Virus record (IMG/VR): IMGVR_UViG_3300011337_000669
Direction: 5' to 3' (one strand)
Length of the DNA stretch: 64,000 nucleotides
Source of the DNA: a virus
Lineage: Duplodnaviria > Caudoviricetes
Positions 51,201 through 59,822 of this stretch are shown here, piece after piece (positions within the stretch are counted from its first letter, which is position 1; each line of letters starts with the position of its first letter). The notes under the pieces are model-generated. The model had not been told where the DNA came from. It made no database searches and saw nothing but the letters and a program-made list of their open reading frames with translations. The translations under genes were made by a program, and so were the position numbers.

Positions 51201-51459
51201 AATATGATTTTGCAATATATGCCGCCTCATATTTCGGAATTTGTGTGTTTATAAATTTTGTAGGTTCAGTCCCCCCAAAATATGCTTGAAACTCATCGTA
51301 GTTTGTGATAAAAATTGGTTCGAATGCGGGACCTTTAATTGTTTCTCCCACTAAACCTAATGTAGTTACACCTACACTTTGAGCTACAAATGATAAGTCA
51401 GTTTCAGACGTATATACTCCAGGCGATACGTATACCTTTTGATTTACTTGTGTTGCCAT
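48259..51459 (-). CDS. Tail sheath protein (gp18-like)
   Basis: SPGVYTSETD, GETIKGP, PWFASAGYTRG, RINPI, WGNKTLQ, RLNVRRLL, FEQND and PTKALEFI motifs. Confidence 0.97.
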   Translation of the reverse strand: MATQVNQKVYVSPGVYTSETDLSFVAQSVGVTTLGLVGETIKGPAFEPIFITNYDEFQAYFGGTEPTKFINTQIPKYEAAYIAKSYLQQSNQLFVTRVLGLSGYDAGPSWSIKVTANVDPLTIGLNPATGTTWTANFSGSSSGNTVTFTGGALPPQVLANFNTQYRLSDGSTSTLGLDFTSNLDNIMDTPSLSANTAVVYGAMPESDFYDLTATYSNVINEYGCDTVNLATNDLSSDANDPWYYANFDITSGNAYSGYSFFYYVSSLTSGASSTFSGTISGSVYNYSGTAYSEYNNMVVATLRSRGISLYTNSSTSDNHGPIYEVNTLSDLILNCSGQYSGVTQSPFESFLISGVTKDGDNFSFETSMAASSSKFITKVLGVDNFGKSRNEVPVYVEEIYPNTLNYAYNQGYIRGLSCNLINLPDARSQDPTSIAYNVTQYKAPSTPFLVSELRGNKVYNLFKFVSISDGNAANTEVKVSIANLSFNNMTFDVLVRNFFDTDANPVVIEKFTNCNMDPSSNNFVAKKIGSTDGEYALISRYIMIELADEAPIDAIPCGFYGYTQREYSSVTNPSPVPIFKTKYYFPGEVIYNPPFGAPTDVVESSGDIVRRSYLGFSSQFGVDDSFLQYKGTQNPLNWIASPVPVDGSSWNYLSKGFHMDSGATVVTIANSFLTSGQTAFECGVANFTTDPETQENPYYFIYSRKYTVCFAGGFDGWDIYREFRTNQDRFQLGAAGYLAGASASTRYPNATGDGLFKRIVVQNNTQDFANTDYYAYLLGILTFANPESTNINVFATSSIDYVNNSNLVEEAIDMVQFSRADSVYIATTPDYNMYTPDATNPQDIIYSQEAVDNLDNTGIDSNYTATYYPWILTRDTVNNTQIYLPATGEVCRNLALTDNIAFPWFASAGYTRGLVNSIKARVKLTQEDRDTLYQGRINPIATFSDVGTVIWGNKTLQVADTALNRLNVRRLLLQARKLISAVAVRLLFEQNDQIVRQQFLDSVNPILDSIRRDRGLYDFRVTVSSTPEDLDRNTLTGKIYLKPTKALEFIDIEFFITPTGASFENI

Positions 51460-51579
51460 GCTTTAATTATTCTATTGCAGATTTATTTTAATGATAAATA
51501 TTCATATCTATGTGAAAAAACTTGACTTTTGAATATCTATTTGTAAGGAGTATGAATTTATTCTACCTTTTTTCTACCT

Positions 51580-51741
51580 ATGAAAACAATTAAAGAAATA
51601 AAGAATATAAAAATATCCCCAGAATCACACGAGATATTAAAAAAGTACTGTGAAAAGCGTGGGATAAAAATTTATAAGTTTTTGGAAAATCTTATAGTGG
51701 AGAAGTGTAAAGAAAAGAAAGATATCTATGGAGAGGATTAA
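51580..51741 (+). CDS. 53-aa stand-alone ribbon-helix-helix-like DNA-binding protein
   Basis: Manual translation MKTIKEIKNIKISPESHEILKKYCEKRGIKIYKFLENLIVEKCKEKKDIYGED. Fills the gap between sheath and terminator genes. Confidence 0.7.
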   Translation: MKTIKEIKNIKISPESHEILKKYCEKRGIKIYKFLENLIVEKCKEKKDIYGED

Positions 51742-52778
51742 ACCAACTGAGATTCAAACTTAATGGTGGACTCTAAGTCATTGTCTGTCTTCACAACATC
51801 TATCCTCAAAATATCATTTGTTGTTATTTGAATTTCAGAAACGTCAGTTCCAAAATAATCTCCATTAATGTAGACATCAAAACTATCTACGTTGGTCGAC
51901 CCTAATAAAGAAAGGTTCGCAGTGAAATCAATAATCTCACTTAAAGTATCATTTCCAACTCTGTATAAAAAGTTGGATAAAAATTCATCGGGATTTTCAG
52001 GAAACTTTGGTCTCCTTCTTTTTAATACGGTGGTATCCAACTCCATAATTTGGGCAACTCTGGCAATCGCAGGTTTAACTTCGAACTCCTCCTCATCAAT
52101 CAAATAACCTAACATTGTAAAATCATAATTTTGAACAAAGTATTTTCTCGATTCAAATCCAAGTTGAGATTCATCCGAAATGTTATTTAATACAATAGGA
52201 ACATATTGTCCTTTAATAAAAGTATATGCTTGTCTTGAAGAAAACTTTTGCATAATAATCTTATTAAGTTGGTTCAACTCCCTCATTCTATTACAAACAA
52301 TTTTGACACTATAATTAATATCTACCGGAACAGGTTGGGGTATTGTATAGATATCCATTCCTTGTACGTTCCCATTCCAAGTTGGAACTGAAGCGTAATA
52401 AAATTGTTTTCTATTTGGTATTGTATATTGTAAGGAGGGATTTGTACCGAATTTAACTTCAGGTTGTCTAACCACAGTTATGAATGGAGGTTCAGGGTTG
52501 AAGTCGAGATTGGTAAATAATGCCGTCTCTACATACTGAGTCCAATTTTGTGTAGTAATAATGATATCAAGCATAGGAATAATTTTCCCAGCAGTTATTA
52601 CTTGAAGGTCTTCTTTAACAAAATCCAGCATACCCCTATCCAAATCAGCATGTAATACTGACTTAGGTAAGTAAGTTCCATCTTTGTTTATAAACTCAAG
52701 AAGTTGTTCTCTTCTGGCGTACAAAGTTTTCTTCGGAACTAAAGGTAATGTAGGTTTAACTTGTTTTGGTAAAGGCAT
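51738..52778 (-). CDS. Tail terminator / sheath stabilizer-like protein (gp15-like)
   Basis: PQPVPVDINYSVKIVCNRMRELNQL pattern. Located between neck and sheath genes. Confidence 0.7.
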   Translation of the reverse strand: MPLPKQVKPTLPLVPKKTLYARREQLLEFINKDGTYLPKSVLHADLDRGMLDFVKEDLQVITAGKIIPMLDIIITTQNWTQYVETALFTNLDFNPEPPFITVVRQPEVKFGTNPSLQYTIPNRKQFYYASVPTWNGNVQGMDIYTIPQPVPVDINYSVKIVCNRMRELNQLNKIIMQKFSSRQAYTFIKGQYVPIVLNNISDESQLGFESRKYFVQNYDFTMLGYLIDEEEFEVKPAIARVAQIMELDTTVLKRRRPKFPENPDEFLSNFLYRVGNDTLSEIIDFTANLSLLGSTNVDSFDVYINGDYFGTDVSEIQITTNDILRIDVVKTDNDLESTIKFESQLV

Positions 52779-52779
52779 T

Positions 52780-52953
52780 TTATTTATTGTCTAAATCTTC
52801 AGAGTTATCATGTCCACATTTGTGACAAGTGTACGGGTCATCCCCCCCATCAGATAATTCCCATGACCAACCACAATTATCACAGATAACCTCACCATTG
52901 GTGATTACTTCCATAATTTTATTTAATTGTGATTCTGTTATAATGTAATTCAT
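52780..52953 (-). CDS. 57-aa zinc-ribbon microprotein
   Basis: Manual translation MNYIITESQLNKIMEVITNGEVICDNCGWSWELSDGGDDPYTCHKCGHDNSEDLDNK. TAATG coupling to the upstream gene. Confidence 0.75.
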   Translation of the reverse strand: MNYIITESQLNKIMEVITNGEVICDNCGWSWELSDGGDDPYTCHKCGHDNSEDLDNK

Positions 52954-53468
52954 TATATTCCTCTAAATTCATTCTCACTCACATAGTTGGCGATAATTGT
53001 TCTGTAAAAAGGCTTGTATCCACCGTATGTATGTTTATTGTCTGATTTCACATAACCATCGTCATTAACTACATAGTATCTAACTCGGTCCTCAGATTCA
53101 TAGTAACCAATATAATCTCCCAAGAATATTTCAACCCCCATGTCTTCGAGAGTTTTTTGGTAAATACTAAACTGCATGTTACCAGGTTCTTTTAGTTCAA
53201 CTTTCGAAGTACCAATAAATTTAGTTGTAGGCGCATTGACTTTGACTAACCCTTTTAACTCCACAGGTGCTAAAAATTGAATTCCATCTTCCAAAACTTC
53301 ACCATAAACATCATCAGTTTTGGTCTTTCGTCTATCTATACGATAAAGAACTACGGTGAAATTCATATCACCAACCAACCATTCTTCACCCATACCAATA
53401 TCTAAACTATAATCTTCAGCCCCGAAGAACTTACCTAATCTTGTTATTGGAACTAACTTTTCTGCCAT
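52953..53468 (-). CDS. Head-closure / neck protein (gp14-like)
   Basis: VVLYRIDRRKTKTDDVYGE...GDYI pattern and position in the head-tail joining block. Confidence 0.65.
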   Translation of the reverse strand: MAEKLVPITRLGKFFGAEDYSLDIGMGEEWLVGDMNFTVVLYRIDRRKTKTDDVYGEVLEDGIQFLAPVELKGLVKVNAPTTKFIGTSKVELKEPGNMQFSIYQKTLEDMGVEIFLGDYIGYYESEDRVRYYVVNDDGYVKSDNKHTYGGYKPFYRTIIANYVSENEFRGI

Positions 53469-53543
53469 TATATTATATGATTACCTATATGTTGATAAAT
53501 ACTCAGTTTATAACTATATTTAAGCCAAATATTTTTCTTATAG

Positions 53544-55295
53544 ATGGATGTAAGTCTAGAATCGAAAGCATTATCACTATTGGAGTCTTATGAAGGTGGA
53601 AATAACTATTTACTTGAACTTAAACGAAAGTCTCAAATAAATAAAAAATTCTACCCTACAAGAAGCCAATCCGAGTATATAATCAATAACCATAAAAACC
53701 AACCTAAGGTTGCAAAGAAGTGGGTAATTTTAGACGCATATTTTGCGAAAAAGTTAGCGGATGACAAACTCTATACCTTAATACCTGATAAGGTGTGGGT
53801 TGAAAAGTTATTATGTGACACTGAAAAGGCTTTTCACATTTGGGGTAGAGTTTTTGAAAGTGAAGAATATCACGATTTTTGGTTACCAAAAGCCGCAATT
53901 ATAAAAGACAATTCAGTCAAAGATGTTGTAATTGATTACGAAAAATATTCTCACAGACCTCCACTACAACATCAAAAAGAGGCAGTACAAAAACTTGTTG
54001 AAAACAAAAAATTCATATTAGGGGACGATATGGGTTTGGGGAAAACTACTTCAACTATTATTGCAGCATTAGAGACAGGAGCAAAGAAGATTCTTATCAT
54101 TTGTCCTGCAACTCTTAAGATTAACTGGAAACGAGAAATTGAAAATTATTCAGACAGGTCGATATTCATATCTGAAGGAAAAACATTTAGTACCGAACAC
54201 GATTTTGTCATCATAAACTACGACATTATTAAAAACTTTCATGACACTAAGAAAAAAGATGAATCGCAAGTTATTGCTGCCAATTTTGATTTGGTGGTCG
54301 TTGACGAAGCTCACTATATCAAAAATCCTACAGCCCAAAGAACAAAACTAATAAACGACATTGCCAAAAATGTTGATAGATTATGGTTGTTAACAGGTAC
54401 TCCGATGACATCTCGTCCAATTGATTATTATAATCTATTAAACCTTGTTGAATCACCTGCCGCTAGAAATTGGATGGCTTACGCCATCAGATATTGTAGT
54501 GGATATCAGTTCAATGCTGGAGGTAGAAAAATATGGAATGTAACCGGATCCAGTAACCTTGAGGAGTTGAGAGATAGAACATCAGGAACAATATTAAGAA
54601 GACTCAAAGAAAATGTTTTGGATTTACCTGAAAAAATAATTACCCCTGTTTATCTTCGATTGAAATCCAAAGCATATGAAGAAGTTATGGGGGAGTATTA
54701 TGATTGGTATGATAAAAATCCAGAAGAGTCAAAGTCATTGACAGTTCAATTCACAAAATTGACGAAAGTTAGACAAATCATTGCGGATGAAAAAATACTT
54801 CAAACAATCGAACTTGCGGAAAATATTATCGAACAGGGTAAGAAAGTAATTATTTTTTGTAATTTTACAGATTCGTTAAATAAGATTGTGGAACATTTTG
54901 GTAAAACATCGGTTAAACTTGACGGATCAATGACCCAACACCAAAGACAATATAGTGTCGACCAATTCCAAGAAAATGATAAAATAAAAGTTTTCGTCGG
55001 TAACATAAAAGCATCTGGAACTGGAATCACTTTAACCGCTGGTGAGGCCGCAATATTTAATGACCTATCATTCCTCCCTTCAGATCACGCACAGGCGGAA
55101 GATAGGAGTTATCGATACGGTCAGAAAAATAACGTTTTGGTTTATTACCCTATTTTTGACAACACTATTGAGGCAATAATTTATGATATTGTAAACGCAA
55201 AGAAAAAAGTTATTGCTACTGTAATGGGTGATGACAAAAATTCTGGAGATATTGCCGAAGAAATATTAAATAAAATAAATAATTTAAGAAAATAA
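53544..55295 (+). CDS. SNF2-family helicase/ATPase
   Basis: GDDMGLGKT, VVDEAH, LTGTP, LRRLK and QAEDRSYRYGQ motifs. Confidence 0.93.
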   Translation: MDVSLESKALSLLESYEGGNNYLLELKRKSQINKKFYPTRSQSEYIINNHKNQPKVAKKWVILDAYFAKKLADDKLYTLIPDKVWVEKLLCDTEKAFHIWGRVFESEEYHDFWLPKAAIIKDNSVKDVVIDYEKYSHRPPLQHQKEAVQKLVENKKFILGDDMGLGKTTSTIIAALETGAKKILIICPATLKINWKREIENYSDRSIFISEGKTFSTEHDFVIINYDIIKNFHDTKKKDESQVIAANFDLVVVDEAHYIKNPTAQRTKLINDIAKNVDRLWLLTGTPMTSRPIDYYNLLNLVESPAARNWMAYAIRYCSGYQFNAGGRKIWNVTGSSNLEELRDRTSGTILRRLKENVLDLPEKIITPVYLRLKSKAYEEVMGEYYDWYDKNPEESKSLTVQFTKLTKVRQIIADEKILQTIELAENIIEQGKKVIIFCNFTDSLNKIVEHFGKTSVKLDGSMTQHQRQYSVDQFQENDKIKVFVGNIKASGTGITLTAGEAAIFNDLSFLPSDHAQAEDRSYRYGQKNNVLVYYPIFDNTIEAIIYDIVNAKKKVIATVMGDDKNSGDIAEEILNKINNLRK

Positions 55296-55300
55296 AATAA

Positions 55301-55343
55301 TTTTGTGAATATTCACACTTTTACCACATTTGTGGATATTTAT
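55301..55343 (+). promoter_or_regulatory. Cassette 2 leader: host-type promoter with embedded palindrome plus TATTTAT box
   Basis: TTTG-N19-CACATTTG. The palindrome TGTGAATATTCACA (55304-55317) overlaps the -33 box and spacer. TATTTAT at 55337-55343. Confidence 0.55.
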
Positions 55344-55347
55344 TATT

Positions 55348-55509
55348 ATGGGAAGAAAATTGAAAACAGAAGAAGAAAAAAAAACTAAAGTATCGGTTGC
55401 TCTTGAACCAGAATTATTATCATATTATAGAAACCTTCATATTAATTTATCGTCACTTGTTAATAAATTACTCAAAGATTATAGAGAAGATGGGAAGAAA
55501 AATTTGTAG
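55348..55509 (+). CDS. 53-aa ribbon-helix-helix / CcdA-like protein (cassette 2)
   Basis: MGRKLKTEEEKKTKVSVALEPELLSYYRNLHINLSSLVNKLLKDYREDGKKNL, with a 20-nt overlap with the HNH gene. Confidence 0.85.
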   Translation: MGRKLKTEEEKKTKVSVALEPELLSYYRNLHINLSSLVNKLLKDYREDGKKNL

Positions 55510-56158
55510 TAAATGTAAAATTGAAAAAGATATTTGTAATTTCAGTCGTAAAAAATCAAACCAATCAGAACTTCGTTCAGAATGTAAAGAATGTAATAGA
55601 ATAATCAGTAAAAAATATAGAGAGGAAAATAAAGTAAAAGAAATAAATAGAAGTAAAAAATACAGAGAAGAAAATAAAGAAAAACTCAAAAAAACCTATA
55701 TCGATAATATAGATTATTTCTTATCTTATAGACAAAAAAATAAAGAGTACTTCGAAAATTATAATAAAATCTACTACGATAATAATCGAAGTAAAATTAT
55801 CGAATATAAGAAAGAGTATCAGAAGAAAAAAAGAGATTCAAATCCAACATATAACTTTATTTGCAACATTAGAGGTCGGGTTTATCATTATTTGAAATTA
55901 AAAAACATTACAAAAAAAAATAAAACTTTCGACATTGTTGGGTGTTCCCCTACTTTCCTCAAAGAGTACATTGAAAAAAAATTCACCAAGGATATGTCTT
56001 GGGATTTGGTGGGAAAAGAAATACATATTGACCACATAATACCATTATCTTCAGCAAAAACAGAGGAAGAAATTTATAAATTATGTCATTATACAAATCT
56101 TCAACCCCTGTGGGCTGAAGATAATCGGAAAAAATCTAACAAGTTGGATTATTTATAG
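55490..56158 (+). CDS. HNH endonuclease with zinc ribbon (cassette 2)
   Basis: Start moved to MGRKICSKCK at 55490 to match paralogues. HIDHIIPLSSAK...NLQPLWAEDN. Confidence 0.88.
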   Translation: MGRKICSKCKIEKDICNFSRKKSNQSELRSECKECNRIISKKYREENKVKEINRSKKYREENKEKLKKTYIDNIDYFLSYRQKNKEYFENYNKIYYDNNRSKIIEYKKEYQKKKRDSNPTYNFICNIRGRVYHYLKLKNITKKNKTFDIVGCSPTFLKEYIEKKFTKDMSWDLVGKEIHIDHIIPLSSAKTEEEIYKLCHYTNLQPLWAEDNRKKSNKLDYL

Positions 56159-56174
56159 TAAATTAAAGCCAACA

Positions 56175-57713
56175 ATGACAAAAATACAACAGAAGATTGA
56201 ACAACTTGAATTACAAATTGTAGAACAAAAAGTGACGAGAGAAAAAGAGTTTTTAATCACAGAAATGAAAAAAATTGGAATAGAAAAACTACCTTATTCC
56301 TACACTGCTCTCAAACAATTTATTGACCCCGAAACAATGGAGATACATTATTCGAGGCACTACAAAACTTATGTTGATAAATTAAATGATGCTCTCTCCA
56401 AAAAAAAGTACGGAGATTTGGAGTTAGAACAAATAATCAAAACAATAAGTCGGTTTGACAAAACAATCAGAAACAACGCGGGTGGAGCATTTAACCATGC
56501 TTTGTTTTGGAATTTTTTAACTCCCGAACCAAAAAGACTCAAAGGAGATTTACAGAAAAAAATTATTAAAGAGTTCGGTAGTTTTATTTTATTCAAGAAA
56601 AAATTCGAAGAGATTGCCAAAGAAAGATTTGGTTCAGGATGGGTTTGGTTAGTTTTGACAGGGAGAAATAGTTTGAAAATTATGTCTACACCAAACCAAG
56701 ATAATCCTTTGATGAATATTATTGAAGGTGGAGGATTTCCGTTATTAGGTTTGGATTTATGGGAACACGCATACTATCTCAAGTATAAAAACAAAAGGGA
56801 TGAATATATTTCTAACTTTTGGAAAGTGGTGAATTGGGAATTTGTTTCCAAACTTTATGATATGAAAACAGAAACAAAACTTTTGGAATCTGTTGAAATG
56901 AAAAAAATTATCAAAGAGTTCAAAGAACCAAAATTTTGTGATTCAAATGAAATTACTTTTTATAAGGAATTAATCAACAATCCAAAGATAAAAAAATTAT
57001 ATCAAGATGGTGTCACTGATGTTTTGAAAAAAGTATTTCATGAATATTGGGTGGAGAGTAATGAGAAAGAAATGTCAGGATTTTATGGTATTGAATCCGA
57101 CAGTGCTAGATCTGTTTTGAATAACTTGAATACCAACTTCAATACTTTTTGTTTATTAACAAAAGCAATCAATAGACAAATAGAGTCAATTAACAAACCG
57201 AACAAAAAATTCGATTTTTCCATCAAAGAGAAACGAACAATTAGTGAGGTCAATAGACTTATAGCGGCATTAGATTATTTCAAAAAAGAAATTTTTACAA
57301 AAAACAACGAAGATTTTGTTAACATCATTAGTGTTTTGTTAAAACTTTGGGATAGAGGACAAAAATCTGAAGACAAAGTTCTTTCTAAAATAGAACAATA
57401 TTTCGGTAAAGATTCTTCAGTTGAAAAGATAGGTGGACATGGCCAAAAGAGTGACGCATTCAAAGGTATTGATTTGATTGTTAATGTTGGTGGTAAAAAA
57501 CACACCGCTCAAGTGAAACCTTTTTCTTCTATAAAAAAAGAAGGAGACAAAATCACAGTTTTGAATACAGGCAACGTTAAACCATATAACGTAGATTGGA
57601 TGATATTTATAAACACTAAGTCTAATAAAATTCTAATTATCGAGAATAATCCAATTCAGAGTCGTGGACAATATGTTTTCGACGCTTCTTCTCTTATTCA
57701 CGAAATAGATTAA
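56175..57713 (+). CDS. Mn-type superoxide dismutase fused to a C-terminal PD-(D/E)xK nuclease-like domain
   Basis: SOD ligands in IHYSRHYKTY, GGAFNH and DLWEHAYY, plus the NQD Mn-type signature. C-terminal GQKSE...D...GIDL...AQVK. Confidence 0.8.
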   Translation: MTKIQQKIEQLELQIVEQKVTREKEFLITEMKKIGIEKLPYSYTALKQFIDPETMEIHYSRHYKTYVDKLNDALSKKKYGDLELEQIIKTISRFDKTIRNNAGGAFNHALFWNFLTPEPKRLKGDLQKKIIKEFGSFILFKKKFEEIAKERFGSGWVWLVLTGRNSLKIMSTPNQDNPLMNIIEGGGFPLLGLDLWEHAYYLKYKNKRDEYISNFWKVVNWEFVSKLYDMKTETKLLESVEMKKIIKEFKEPKFCDSNEITFYKELINNPKIKKLYQDGVTDVLKKVFHEYWVESNEKEMSGFYGIESDSARSVLNNLNTNFNTFCLLTKAINRQIESINKPNKKFDFSIKEKRTISEVNRLIAALDYFKKEIFTKNNEDFVNIISVLLKLWDRGQKSEDKVLSKIEQYFGKDSSVEKIGGHGQKSDAFKGIDLIVNVGGKKHTAQVKPFSSIKKEGDKITVLNTGNVKPYNVDWMIFINTKSNKILIIENNPIQSRGQYVFDASSLIHEID

Positions 57714-57731
57714 CAAAGATATTTATATTAT

Positions 57732-58859
57732 ATGTCAGCAATACCAGAACCAGAACGAAGTAGGATATACACTAGAATTAAACACCAATTAGGTGCTCCA
57801 CTCAGAAGTGTAGAACTTGAAGACGAAATGTTGGATTCACTAATGGAATTAGCAATAGGGGATTATGAAGAATATATCCTTCAATGGTTAATTGATTCTC
57901 AGTGGGTTAATCTTGTAAACTTAAACATGAACGAGAGGTCCGTAGCTAGAGCATTAGTCACGAGGACAATGGATTTCGAACAACAATTCAGTTACTCATA
58001 CTCCAAAATTGTGGGTCTCCAAACCGTAGGTCCGTGGGTTCTAAAGAAAGATTATTTCATTTTAAGCGCAAACACACAAACTTATGAAATACCTGCAGGA
58101 CGAGAGGTTAATGAACTATTATGGTTTTCTAATCAAGCCTGGAACGCATTTGGTTTGGGGGGAGTCGGTGGATTTGGTATGGGTGGTGTTGGATTAGGTG
58201 CCAGTGAAGCGGGTTATGCTCAAATGGGCTATCAAGGATCTTATTTTATGATGTCAGGGTTTGATTACCTAATTAGAATGCAAGAGGCTAACATTCTTAA
58301 CAGAATTCTTGGAGGTTCATTGACTTATAGAATTACAGGTCTTCCTGATGGTAAAAAACTTATTCACTTATACAATACCCCTGGTGGAAGATTCAATTGG
58401 AACAATTATAGTTTATATCAAGGGAAGGCAGTTTGGTATTGGTATTATGATGTTGAACCAGATAGTAGAGCTGATTGTTTAAAAAACAATCCTGATATTA
58501 TCAAACTTCCTACTGACGTACCAATCGAAGAACTTACTTGGACAGACATAAATGTACCAGGTCAACAATGGGTTAGACGATGGTTTACCGCGTATTGTAA
58601 AGAAACATTAGCGAGAGTGAGAGGAAAATACTCAGGTAACCTTAAGACTCCTGATAGTGAAATTACAATGGACTATCAGAGTTTGTTAACTGAAGCTAAA
58701 GATGAAAAAACTAAATTGATTGAAGAATTAATTGGAGCTGAAGGATGGTTAACAAGATTAAGACCTGAAAAAGTAATGGAAAGAGAAGCATTAATCGCAG
58801 AAAACCTAAATAAACAAATGAAATTTAGAGCAATGCCTCGACAAATTTACGTAATATAA
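57732..58859 (+). CDS. Neck / head-tail adaptor protein (gp13-like)
   Basis: IYTRIKHQLGAPLRSVELEDEML...A and KETLARVRGKY motifs. Preceded by the TATTTAT box. Confidence 0.8.
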   Translation: MSAIPEPERSRIYTRIKHQLGAPLRSVELEDEMLDSLMELAIGDYEEYILQWLIDSQWVNLVNLNMNERSVARALVTRTMDFEQQFSYSYSKIVGLQTVGPWVLKKDYFILSANTQTYEIPAGREVNELLWFSNQAWNAFGLGGVGGFGMGGVGLGASEAGYAQMGYQGSYFMMSGFDYLIRMQEANILNRILGGSLTYRITGLPDGKKLIHLYNTPGGRFNWNNYSLYQGKAVWYWYYDVEPDSRADCLKNNPDIIKLPTDVPIEELTWTDINVPGQQWVRRWFTAYCKETLARVRGKYSGNLKTPDSEITMDYQSLLTEAKDEKTKLIEELIGAEGWLTRLRPEKVMEREALIAENLNKQMKFRAMPRQIYVI

Positions 58860-58860
58860 T

Positions 58861-59196
58861 ATGGCAATTATTAAATCTATATCATCCAAAAGAATAATTA
58901 GAGGTGAAGTTATCAACGCTTCCGAAATTTCTGTAGTTTCAGAAACCACTTACAGAACTAACGGAGAAAGTTGTGTTATTGTAAGAGGTGTTGCTCAATC
59001 AGTAATCATATTAGATTCAACTAACACAGACCACGTGGTTGTTAAAGCAATGACTAACCTCACCATACTTCCTGATGTCGGGCTAATCGACGAAGAATAT
59101 GATGAGGTTGTTGTTGATAAATTTGCCTGTATTGAATTCAGATTTGTTGGTGGTAACTGGTATGTGTTGAGCTCAGATGGACTTAAACAATCATAA
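58861..59196 (+). CDS. Hypothetical beta-rich protein
   Basis: 111-aa ORF directly after the neck gene and before a terminator. Confidence 0.7.
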   Translation: MAIIKSISSKRIIRGEVINASEISVVSETTYRTNGESCVIVRGVAQSVIILDSTNTDHVVVKAMTNLTILPDVGLIDEEYDEVVVDKFACIEFRFVGGNWYVLSSDGLKQS

Positions 59197-59224
59197 AAAA
59201 AAGTGGATATAATCCACTTTTTTT
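59195..59224. terminator. Bidirectional intrinsic terminator between convergent genes
   Basis: A-run + gtggat / ata / atccac + T-run. Confidence 0.88.
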
Positions 59225-59822
59225 ATGTCACTCTATTTCCCTTTTTCATATTATCCTTTCCCCACAATGGTTGTAGATTAGTATAATTAGATAGTCTGAT
59301 AATATCTTCTTCATTTTTTGCGGAAGATAATGGAATTATATGGTCAATATGCCATCCGTAAAATCCCTTGTTATCCCAGGTCATACCTTCACTAAATTTA
59401 TCTTCTAAGTATTTTTTCAAAAATGTTGTATCACACCCTAAATAATCTATCGAGCGATTTTTTTTAATAAGATTATTATCTCTAAAAATATCTTTTAACC
59501 TATTTCGATAATTTGTAATTAATTTAAATAATATATCTTTGTTATATCTTTCTTTATTTTTCTTTGACTGATAATTCCTAATTTTATCTTTGTTTTTATC
59601 TCTCCATTTTTTATTATATTCGTATAATCTTCCCGGATTTTTTTTAAGAAATTTTTTTTTAATGTCGTCAGATTTTTCCTGATTATTTTTTCTCCAATTC
59701 ACACTGTTCTTATTTTGACATTTTTTACAGTTAGACCTTAATCCATCATGAGAATCCCCATTTCTATAAAATTCACAAACATTTTTTTCCTCGTTACACT
59801 TACTACAAATTTTTGTTTCCAT
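59223..59822 (-). CDS. HNH endonuclease with zinc ribbon (cassette 3)
   Basis: METKICSKC...CKKC and WHIDHIIPLSSAK...NLQPLWGKDN. Confidence 0.88.
   Translation of the reverse strand: METKICSKCNEEKNVCEFYRNGDSHDGLRSNCKKCQNKNSVNWRKNNQEKSDDIKKKFLKKNPGRLYEYNKKWRDKNKDKIRNYQSKKNKERYNKDILFKLITNYRNRLKDIFRDNNLIKKNRSIDYLGCDTTFLKKYLEDKFSEGMTWDNKGFYGWHIDHIIPLSSAKNEEDIIRLSNYTNLQPLWGKDNMKKGNRVT

Noticed and set aside
17332-51459. Extracellular contractile injection system (eCIS/tailocin) interpretation
   Set aside because: Tail genes are interleaved with polymerase, helicase, SSB, recombinase, RNR and neck genes, which indicates a phage genome
55397-55489. N-terminal extension of the HNH ORF called by the track
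   Set aside because: It overlaps the RHH ORF in another frame, and paralogues start at M-x-x-K-(I/V)-C-S-K-C (55490)
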